60,170 nucleotides of DNA from Priapulus caudatus (Eukaryota): positions 330,697 to 390,866 of the forward strand of contig NW_014577077.1 in assembly GCF_000485595.1 (NCBI RefSeq), given 5' to 3'. Shown here piece after piece: positions 28,336-40,000 of this stretch (position 1 is the stretch's first letter; each line of letters opens with the position of its first letter). The notes under the pieces are model-generated. The model ran no database searches. It was not told where the DNA came from and worked only from the letters and a program-made list of their open reading frames with translations. A program made the translations under genes and the position numbers.

Positions 28336-29329
28336 TTTAAAATATAGCGCATTCAGGAGTATTTTGATGTGAAAACTCTCTTTCTCACAGCGAAACATAA
28401 GGTTTCACTTTTTATTACCTTATTTCGGCGCTCGGCTTTATTGCGCCCTATTATCTGCTGATCGGTGCAGCGGACATTATCATAACAGAAGTAGATAATA
28501 GGGAATTTAGAAATTTAAATCGAAATTTTCCCTATTATCTACTTCTGATTACAACTAAAAACTACGGTACTGTATATTACTCGGCTAGGTCCGTGAAATA
28601 ACATTCAGTATAATATATTAACCAATCCTGATAGAACGATGTGCTGATGGAATACGGGGAATCTGAGGGATAATCAGGGTAAAACAAGATCCCGTCCTTA
28701 TTTACGACAAACATATGCCTTGTAGTGGGAGGGGCTATTATATGTAGTCAAGATATCTTCCAATTATCCGTATACTGTTGGCTAGGGCAAGATCAGTTTG
28801 TACTCGCGCAAGCTCATTATCTGTCGCAAGAATTATAATTGCTTAGCATATATTTAAATTAGAGAGTGCATATTTACGTAATATTACGTTGATATCAACA
28901 GTATCCATCCCTGTGTTTCACTTTAATAAAAACTTTTCAAACGTGTGTGAATGTGTTCACGCATGCTTGGTATCATCTATATAATATGAGTCACACATCC
29001 CTTGTCTGGGTTCGTATCCTAATCAAGTGCAACAAACATACAACTAAAGTTTATGAAAGGAGTATGCGTGCGCGCGTACGTGTGTGTGCGTGTGATCTTT
29101 TCACAAATTAATTCAGCACGATTACAATTAACAGTTCACAGTTAATTGGGATCAATCGGTTTGTTATGTAATATGTTCTCAATTGCGAAGGTGCTCATGC
29201 AGGAAACTATTTTTTGATATTGAGTCCCATTTATATGTTGTTACTGCATCTTTCAATACAGACATTGTTGCATTATGGTTATTTAACAGAACAAGTTTCC
29301 GTATTGACATTGATATTTATACGTAATTT

Positions 29330-30125
29330 TTTTACATTTATATTGTGGATACACTGATATTTAATGAGGGTGAAGATTGTGGGGCTTACTATAAAATAGT
29401 CTATGGCACTCTGCCCCCTTGAACCGAAGTATGTATAATAGCCCTGAGAGTTGCCAAGCACTCTCCCATTTGTGATGACTAAATTACATTGAAAACATGT
29501 CAATTAGTCGTCTATTCGTTTTTGGCCATATGTATTTTGCTTGTTGTCCTGATTATTCCGGTTAGGAAGATCGATTTTTTCTTCTAAGCATAAGGATTGT
29601 CTGCGTTATGGTCATCACCAAACTGGACTGTGTCACGTATAAGTTACCTGTGCGGGCATTTAGATCACCTGCGCGAATAATTTGTCCCAACTTGGAATAT
29701 TTAATAATTTCCTCTTCAATAATCTCATAAGTATCCTCACTATATTTAGAGTCAGCTGGTGGAATATAACCAAAGCATATGAAAATAGGTTAAGATTTTG
29801 CCATGTTTGTTTTTGATAATATTTAAAGCCAGCATAGGTTATCTCTTTCACAGTGTAAGAATTTTGCAACTGGTTTCAGTTTTTGATGATAATACATAAT
29901 TAAACCACCGTGATTGTTCACGTTTTTCTTGTTTCGGGGGCGGGGTTTGTGGAGAGCTATATAGCCAGGAATCTCATGCAGTCTTTGAATCTTTGGAAAA
30001 CCATGTTTCGCTAAGTCCTATTATGTCGAATTTTACTAGTTAATCTAACAAAATCTGAATCTTGAAATTTTTCTCGAGACCACCATGTATGTTCCAATAT
30101 GTTAATGATAGATTTGATAATATTG
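29330..30125 (-). mobile_element. Degenerate LINE APE-endonuclease fragment (RTE-X/CR1-like)
   Basis: TYWNIHG...DIIGLSETWF and NGRVLGNSQGYYTYFGSRGQSAIDYFIVS motifs; frameshifted. Confidence 0.7.
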
Positions 30126-30682
30126 ACGTTGCTGTTCACTTCGTATTACAACTAGGCATGATGATGCTACCTAACAAGTATAATAAAAAAATTTCCTTTG
30201 TCAAAAACACATGTGAGTCTTTTTGTAGTTAGGCATCCAGATTATTTACATTCGTTATGTAAGTGCTTATCTAGTGATTATTAGTTTGAGATTATACTAA
30301 TGTTTCATCATGAAATATTTTTTATAAAAACTTCCTCTCATTGAACATTTAAAAGAGAGAAAGAAGGTGTTACTATTAGTTTCTACAGCGCACGTTAACT
30401 GAATATAATATTCACTATAATAATTATATATTATATATATATATATAAATAATATAAATATATAATATTAATATATATAATAGTAATTATAATCATATTT
30501 ACGGGAACATAATTATATTACAGGCTATTGCGGATTTTAACATCATTTTAATCTCAGACATATCCTGTGACTCGGGTCGGTGAGGGTGACTGAAAGGTTG
30601 TCGGTGAGGGTGCCGGAGAGGTTGTCGGTGAGGGTGTGGGTGCGGGTGACGGTCCTGCTACCAGAGAGAAGAGTGTCCGGGG

Positions 30683-30850
30683 TCAGGTCTGAACGGGTAT
30701 AGGCCTATTGATGACTGCCATCTTGCTGCCATGGCCCATTCGTATTGCAGTTGGTATGATGTGGCGAGTTTCTTGGATCCGTTGACTGCTGAGTAAAGTT
30801 TGGGAAGGAAAACCTGACCGCTGAACAAATGCCGTTAGCTTCAAACGTGC
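30683..30850 (-). CDS. CHS: CHS last exon, 3' part ([11 protein letters not shown]...PVQT*), separated by the insertion
   Basis: Removing the insertion plus TA restores HIL-ARLKL in frame; 55 codons to TGA. Confidence 0.65.
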   Translation of the reverse strand, partial: ARLKLTAFVQRSGFPSQTLLSSQRIQETRHIIPTAIRMGHGSKMAVINRPIPVQT

Positions 30851-33800
30851 TATAGTTTTTTTACCAGCACTGTTGCTGGGCAGCCGGAAATACGGACTAT
30901 TTGGCTGGTCAAATATTTTTGATTAAAACAAATAGTCAAACTACTGTTTTAGACCATATTTAATTATTATGCTAGTCAAATAATTTAATGATTGTACTAG
31001 TTCAATTTAATTGACTACTATATTTTGACTACAGTGTTTTTAGTGTGTAAGATGTGCATAAAAGTGCCCATTCTGTGGAACAACATGGCGATGAACTGCA
31101 GCAGCAGCAGTACTATGTAGAACACCATGAAAATAAGTCCGATCGGGTCGAGTGACTGGGCTTCATTAAATGGCCATGAAATGTGAGTTGATGGGTTGAT
31201 TTGTAGAAAGAAGACAATGCTGACGAAAAGACCGTTCAGTATTAAAAACCCCAGTACGCTGTTGTTTCTCAGCTCTTTCAAGTCTTTTGCGATCTGTAAA
31301 GGTAAAGCAGAAACAAAACAATGATTCACGTTTACAAAATTCAAACGTACAATCAAGCTTGAAAAAGAAATTTATTTATGTATTTTTCCTACCAGTGTTA
31401 TTTACAATTATAGTCTAAATGCCATGTTGACGCGCCATGCATATCGCTGCACGCATGTTTTACTAACCATAAACAAACGACTAACCTAGCCAACGTCTTG
31501 CAGTAGTATATATAGCATAGTATATATAGTATATAGGCAGTAAATAACGAATTGGCGAGGACAATGTAGCCCTAGTAGCATGTTTAACAAATGTAAACCA
31601 ACAACAGTCAAGGACCGAGCTCGACAGGAATCTCGCCACATGACTGGATATGCTCATCTCATTATGTACATAATTACAGGATTTCTGCAGATCGAGCTGT
31701 GTGCGATTGGGTACGAAAACCCAGTAAAATAATCGGCGTAGAGAGCTATACTTGGCTAACTCGAATTGGCGAGCCATGCTCACTGGCCGCGAATTCTTCG
31801 CCAGGGTCCATAAATCTGACATGGCCGTGTAATAACATATTATACTCGGGGGCATACTAAAGAGCATTGCACGCGCGCATGGCGCAGTACGAACAGTCGC
31901 CTTCGCCAGTAGTCTAGGCTAAGGAAACCCGGATAACGTCGATTTTGTAGCTGGATAGCCAAGCCCCAGCGGCGGACACACTCTGCCACACTCGCACACA
32001 AAAACAGCAACGCATGTTAAACAGAATAAACAAACATATCGACTGCTGAAGAAAATTGTCGTGTGCAGGTATTGCATAGTTGCATAGTAGAGCACTCAGC
32101 AGGGTCGCGTTACCTGTTCCTTGTGTATCTTGTCTTCTTGTAACGGATGCAAGTATTTTTCGATGAGGTCTGTCCAGAAGGCGAGCTCATCTTCACTGAG
32201 AAAGTGAACGGTTCCGTTGTGCAGATGTTCATCCTCCAGCCAGTATGGGTTCTTTGAGTCATCGCGTTGAACAATATTGTTGTCTAACGACGAAAAATAA
32301 TTTGTAAATATAATTTGCCGCTCGTACATTGTCTAGAGTCTAGATTATCGTATTATATACGTTCCAATACAAAATACACGGCTTCTTGCAACAAAATACA
32401 ATCTCTGAATCTATGCTAGTTTTTACTTTTTTATGTGACGACATACGGCTTATCATACGCCTCCCTATTTTGGCGCCTGTGTAAATCGCTGTGCAACTAA
32501 AACACAACGAATTTAGTTTACTGATTCATTTCCACATAGATGTTTGTATATGTGCTATTTCAGATATGAAGGATTTTAAGGTAAACGGACGCTGTTCAGG
32601 ACTACAGAGTTGTATATCTGTGATTCGTCGACGGTATGGGGGAGAGCATCATAATTATACGAAAAATAGCATATACCAACCAGGATTCGTGGAAAGGCTC
32701 GTCTTATCTGCATCAGTCGAAGGCTCAGATATCACAGGAATATCTCTTGGACTTGGTTGGGGAGGTGCGGAAGTTATAACAGGTATGTCAATCTTCACCA
32801 TCATTTCTTTCATATTCGTGTCCATGGTTTCAATATAAATAATAATCGAACATAGAGAATTTTACTATTAAAGGTGGGAAAATCCCTAAAGTATGAGGAA
32901 CATCGATTGAAACACATTTGAAGAAAACAAATTATAACGTCGTGAATTTATCTACCTGTAGACTGACCCACTTTAGCCAAAAACTGCATTCTCTCTGGCG
33001 ATGCATTAGGTTGAACGGGGTGCAAGCAGCACATACAACGGCAAATCGTGTGACAGCCCATCGTAAACATAGCATCCATGTTCTTCTTTGTCGTGCGGGA
33101 TATTCCTAAGTAGTCTATAAATACCCAGTTAATGTTATTCCTTTTGTGAAGAAGTGAATAATAATACATTATTTACATCAAAAGATATTCTATATGTACC
33201 AATACGATTCGGTATATACCCACGTCAATTTAAATCAACCCTCAAATTGTGTCCGGAATAGTGTGATCGAGCGCAACGACATTGGTTACATGGTCATGTG
33301 CTCACTAGTGCACGATAGTTCAATTATTACACGCGGACGCTCTTTGAACATGCCCGAAAATTATTGTTCAATTCCTAATCTCTGCTTCCAGCTACAAAAC
33401 GACGCGTATTTACAGCTACGCACCTAGCCAGCTGTTGTCTTCTTTGGCCTTTTTGATCTTCTCTTGGCGTTCTTTTTCTTCAAGTAGTTGCTCTTTCGTC
33501 TTCTCTTTTTCGGTTTCTCGCGTCCCCCAACTGATCACGTGCAGGTTGCACAGAGAGTAGATTGTAAGGAAGATGAAGGTCGACGGCACGGCCAGGAAAT
33601 ACAGCAGCTTGTGAGAACAGAAACATAGCGTTGTTTATCATGCATACAATTATATTTACTCTAATATTTATTGTGTAGAAGGGAAGAGAGCTCGACAGTA
33701 AGAGGCAAATTAAGATAGAGAGAAAATGGTGAACAGAAAGAGAAAAAAATGTCATTTCCATTGTATATTTATGTATTGTTTAACAATTTTGCATTGCTGC

Positions 33801-36800
33801 AATGAATTACTGTTGCGTAAATGATAATGAGTTTATGACGAGTTATTGCGAACGGTTGGAGATCCTCTATGTCCTCACTATATGTAATATGCAGAAAAAT
33901 TCTTTCGGGTGTAATATGGCGGCTCCTCCGAAAGCACCAAGCACCAACCACATGAAGACGGCACTGGGCGAGTTGGCTCCCTGTTCGGCTATTTGCACCA
34001 CGGTACCGACAACGACTATCATCATCAATAGGCTGTAGATTCCGGTGAGAATTCCAGCAAGCTTGAGCTGAATCATGCCGGCAGTGGGCCATTATTATCA
34101 TGCTAATGAGTGTGTCTTCCCTAGCATTGAATATTAGCACGCTACAATGCAGACTGCCAGTAGACATTGAATGGAAATTAAGTTGCTAGTTACAAGTATT
34201 ATATACGAGAAACTTGTGATTTTGTAATGATGCAAAAAAAACTGTATGCGTATAAGAATATCAATTACCACATCGACACCGAAGGTAGGGAGTGTTACCT
34301 GTATACTGGACTCAGCAACTAAGCAGACAATGACGAACAGCATCACAGGCACTAAATTTAGGAATACGAACCAATATATGCTGTTCGGATTGTCTTCCGT
34401 CTGAAAAGTAAGCACAAATATTCTATTTCGCATACAGGATAATATAATCACAGATATGTTGTGATATCTGCATGAATTGGCTCCTACATATTAGAGCAAT
34501 TGAAATACAAATCTTTTCATAACAATAACAGCGATATATTCCCATTAATTTTAGGTATTTATAACAGAGGTGGAGATTATCAAGATAACACATTTATCAT
34601 TAATATGATAATTAAATTGTCGGAAATAATCAGATAGAAGCGTCAGCGTACATGAGTGGTTAGGACGTAAAGAGATTAAAGGTAGTATTAAAAGTAATGT
34701 CGTTCTCACAATTATTGCATGGCCTCTGTTTCTTACCCCTGGTAGTACAGCGTCGAGAGCACCGGATATCATTAGGAACGCAGTTCCCGGTCCAACTATA
34801 GAGGTGCCGAACAGCACGGCCTGGTATACCATGTATAGCCACGACACTGTCGTGTTCTTCTTCACCGTGTTGCTTGCATCTTAAAGAACATGATTGCTTA
34901 GCAACAGCGGATTCCAGCCGATGCTGCTCACGAAGTATAATATATGAACGCAGCGCGATTCTGTTGAAATACAGGACAATGTGGCACAGTCGCATTAACG
35001 TAAGATGACTTCACAATTTTAACATGCATCATAAAGCAGTAATCATAAGAAATATATTTAGCGTGTAAAATTTTACTAATCTCAGTCCTCACATGTTTGG
35101 TATATAAGTAGAAAATGTCCCAATAAAATTTACGGAATGAGTAAGATAGGTTTATATATCCTAATTACAATGCAATAATTGGCAGCTTTGTCTTACGTAT
35201 TTAAAATTTTTTTTTTCTTACGCTGCTGTGATGATTAAGAGACTGTACCTCCGAGTAGATCTAGAACGTTGGCCATAGTCGAGGGCGTCCATCGGCGACG
35301 CTGGTTGTAGAACTCGAAGAATCCTTCGGGTGAATACGTAAGCGCGTCGGCGGCTGCTGAGTACTCCACTCTGAATCCCTGCTGCAGTAGCAGCGTGCAG
35401 AGCCACCTATCTTCGCCTGTGCGGAAATACGCGCTCTAATATCGTGTAGGTCGGTACTATTGCGATATTGCGATAATGCATTTCGTGCTTTACTGCTAAG
35501 AAGGATAGAGCGATTTGCTAATTTGAACGACAGCGGTCCCGTGAAACCCAAAATCATTGAGATTTCGGCCTGCCGTTATATTATTAAGGAATTATATACA
35601 TCAGCATGTAATCAATATCAATGAGGATGTGGAGATGGCGATTGGTGTAATATAAGCAGGGCCGTAGGCTCTTGAGGCAAGGGACGGGCTGTCCATGTCC
35701 GGCTTACCAAGTAATATCTTTGTTGAAAATAAAATAAAGGTCTAATAAATGGAAATAACAATGAAATATGTGTAATAATTATGCTGCTATTCATTAAACC
35801 TTCCACGACCTAACATATTATATGGTGTTAGGAAAAATAATCACATTATAGTGGTGAAAGTGAGCGATCGGAATTTATTTTTTTAAATATAATTTTCAAT
35901 CAATTATTCAATCAATTCAATATCATTTTTTTAAATGGTACCATTTCATTTGGCAAATACTGAATCACGCGTCTTTCGATATGCTTGGTTAAATTATGAT
36001 ATAAAGATGAAAGTAATTTTATGTCAACCTAATAGTAGAAATTCACTTTAAATTAAAAATATTATTAAATGTTATTTAATTCATATGAAAAAGGCTGCAT
36101 AGATTTGCATGTCTCACGGAACACATACCGCCATCTATTGGCTGATTATATTTTAATAGTGTTACATCAACCAGGAATACTGGGCACCTTGCAATTATTA
36201 AAGTCAGATTACTTTTCACATCAATATACGGCAGCAAAGATATGCTGTCTACTTCAAGAACAAAATATTAGAATAGTATTACTTTATTTGGTAGATACTA
36301 AGTATGCACGATTACGGGTCTCTCGCTATGCTACTGTGAAATTTGATACGACCAAGCAACTTAATTATGATTGTTAAATTGCGATATTAGAATCGAGATT
36401 ATTTTATGTTAAACTAATAGAAAGAGTGAACTCTCTGTGTTCAACATTGGAGCAATCATTCCGATGATCAGAATGATTACTCCAAGGTTAAACATAAAAT
36501 ATCCACAGGATACTATTTAATTCATTTGATAAAGGCCTGCTTAATTAAGATTTGCCTTGCAGAACACATAACGCCATCTCTTGGCTGATTATATTTCAAC
36601 AGTGTCATGTTAGTTGAGAATAATGTACCTTGTAATTAATTATTCAGGTAAGATATAATAAATTCTCTACTGAAAGAACAAAATGTAAAGATAGCACTAT
36701 ATTAATGAAAAGATATTGGGCATGCGCGAACGGGGGTTTATCGCACGATTATTCACCGTATGATTGGCAAAGTGAGAGATTCGTATGAAGACCCATACAC

Positions 36801-36905
36801 ACACGCCACGAGACACGGCCAGCGCTCACGCACGCACGCACGCAACAGCGACGCATGCGCAGCGCACGCCCACACACGCCACTGCACGCACGCAGCCACA
36901 CACAC

Positions 36906-36946
<41 letters not shown>

Positions 36947-36964
36947 CACACAAACATCACACAC

Positions 36965-37002
<38 letters not shown>

Positions 37003-40000
37003 ATCACACATATCATTATTATTATCGTTATTCCCTTCTAGCGAATTGCTTTAGGGCTACGGCCGATTAGCGCGTACAAACTAATATGTGTTAAATCTAA
37101 ATATAAATGTTAAATTGCCTTTAAAAAAGCCACAATTTCAGAATAATTTTTCCCAAGATTGCTTGCATTGCTCATGGTGTGTCTGCATACCTTATCAGAA
37201 CTGAATGTAGTCGCGCGGTTTCACGCGCCTTTGCATGGCGTATCGCCTGATGGACGTATGGGTGCCATTAGGGCGCTGGCACGAAACAACTGGAAGCATC
37301 CTGGACTGCAGTAGCACGATCCGATATTGTGCTCGGTTTGCTTTAAACAGCGCAATGGCCTAATGGCGTACTCGACTTCTGATACCATAATCATTGGGCC
37401 TGGAATAACATGGTCTGGATGTGGCAACTTCGACTATCAGACCACATTTAGTTTAAACAAATATAATTAAACAGAGAGCGAGTGCAATGAAACTAGATTA
37501 TAGCGACAATTAATGACACCCGCGCGCATGCATAAAAGCACGCTTCCCACACGCGCTTTGTGCCGTTCACACGCGACCAAGACAGTCACGTCCTCGTTGG
37601 CGTCAGTACTCAGAAATAATTATTTTCACCGCGGCTAAAATAATTTAACCGCGGATAAATTATTTTTATATTTTATGTATTTCTATTAAATATTTGCATA
37701 TTATTGTATATTTAAATATTATTAAATATTATATTTCTATATTTAAATAAATAATATATTATATATATGGTGTGTGTGTATCGCGCGCGCGCGCGCGCGC
37801 GTGATATGTGTGTGGTGTGTGCGTGTGTGTGTGTGTGTGTGTGTGGTGTGTGGGTTGTGTGTGTGTGTGTGTGTGTAGTGTGTGTGTGGTGTGTGGAGTG
37901 TGTGTGGTGTGTTGTGTGTGTGTGCTGTGAGTGTGTGTGTGTTGGTGTTGTTGTGTGGTGTGTGTGTGTGTGCGTTGAGTGTGTTGTGTGTGTGTGTTGT
38001 GTGTGTGTGTGTGAAGTGTGTTGGTGTGTGTGTGTGTGTGTGTTAGTGGGTGGGGGTTGTGTTTGTGTGTGTCGTGTGTGTGTGTGTGTTGGGTGTGTGT
38101 GTGTGGTGTGTGTGACTGTGTGTGTGCGTGTGGTGGTGCTGTGTGTGAGTGTGCTGTGGTGGTGTGGTGTGTGTTGTGGTGTGTGTGTGTGTGTGTGTGT
38201 GTGTGAGTGAGTGTCAGAGGCCTTTCTACACATAATTCAACCGCGATTAAATTACATGTGACACAGGTATGTTTGGTGGGCTTCTCAAAATACTTGGCGA
38301 CTTCCTGGAGGGAAGCGGCTGGAATGGAGCACTTGTACAAGCTGGAGTAGCTACTCCTGGGACAGAAGATTCCTTTCTGAAAGCCTCCCATGTGACACGC
38401 ACCAGACGCGCTCATCAAGTCACAGCCAACAGCCCATTTATCTACAAAAGGCCTACACTGAGTACAGCAATGACCTGGACGAGGGAAATGATCTGATGTC
38501 CCTGGAAAATTGGTGCACTGAAAGAGCTGTGGCTGGAGATAGAGGTGATGATCTACGTGCGATCAATAAGGGAGGCCGACGTCCTACTCTATATAGATCC
38601 CTTGACCAAGATCGTGCCTTGGTTCTTCGCCTTGGAACACACCAACTATGCCAGACGGATACCAGTCCATGTGCGTGACATAATTATGCTGAAAGATACT
38701 CATCCTGATGTACACCGCCAGTTTTCTGAAAAGAAACCTTGCTGTGAAAAAGACTACACGCAGCTTCTCTGCTATTGCCATTGACCAGACCCACGAGCAG
38801 AACAATGCCTCTGTGAAAGGTGACGGTGGCAGTAGCGGATCTAGATTTTTTTTTATAGGGGGGTGATTTTTTATATTTTTGTGTCCAAGCACAGCGAGCA
38901 CCGAAATTAGATGCACGGAGAAGCCTTTTTCCGGATTTTAGCCACCATATTGATGCCATAGAATCTGTTTCTGCAAGAAATACAGTCAACAAATGCTAAA
39001 TTCCTGTGCTCATTTTTAAAAATTACATCTTGTTAAAACATAGAATTTTTTTTCAAAAGGGTAATCTTACAGGAAATTTTTCAGAATTAGGTACAGGGAG
39101 ATGCGTTTTCCCAAGTTTGGATGCCGAGATCCACCGAGTACTTATAGCTAAATTTATAGTGTTTTATTGCAATCCAATGAAAAGTCATGATCAGCAAAAT
39201 TATGGGGGCGCCCATGCTACTAGTCATACAATTGATTGCCGCTAAAGTTTGTATGATCATATTTGGGTAGGCTGCAGTTCACTTTTAGATGCCGCTTTAG
39301 TAAAATTACGTAGGCTAAGCACAGTCGACACCCACAGTTACACTAGTAATCGTGGCTAACCTATAATGTCATTTGCTGACTGACCAGAAGCAACGAATTA
39401 TTTAATATCTTTAATTATTTAAAAAATATTTTTTATTAAAAAAAGATGACAAATGTGATTCTATCCCGCCCGGGCATTTCAATGTAAAGAGTTAATGGTC
39501 ATCAAACAACGAAGATGCCATCATTCGACGAGGGTATAGATCAATGTATCGTTTGCAAATGTCCGCCTTTGAGACTGAGAACTCATGTCCGTGCATAGCG
39601 ATTTCTGCTAAGTCAGCCAGCTTCACTGTTGACATCCTATTCCGGAGCCAGGTGTGGATACGCCTTAAACACGAAAACTATCTCTCTGCTTCTACGCTCC
39701 CCACTGGCAACACGGCCAGAATCTTGAGTAGTTTTCGTACGTTGGGATAGAAGGTAGCGTTTGCATGTAAGGACATAAGGCTTGTTACTAAGCTTGCGGA
39801 TATATTAGGCAATTGCCGCTTCCAGTAATTCATCCACCTCTACAGCTCACTTTGAAAGGCTGATGGGAGCGGCATCACGTGTTCCCACTTCCCAAAAATG
39901 GGGGGGGGGTAACTAGTCACCCTAGTCACCCCCTGGATCCGCCCCTGGGTGGTGCCGTGGGCCTGACAGAGAACCCTGCAGCTCCGCGACGTTGGATGGT

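Noticed and set aside
31482..31921. Possible intronic MITE with TA(A/G)CCTAG ends
   Set aside because: Terminal match is weak and no TSD found
35218..35557. ORF-track proteins at 35218-35406 and 35261-35557
   Set aside because: Off-frame readings of the CHS EDR/QRRRW exon
37191..37399. RNA editing or programmed frameshifting to repair the broken exon
   Set aside because: Indels involve all four bases and extend into flanking non-coding repeats; sequencing error is far simpler
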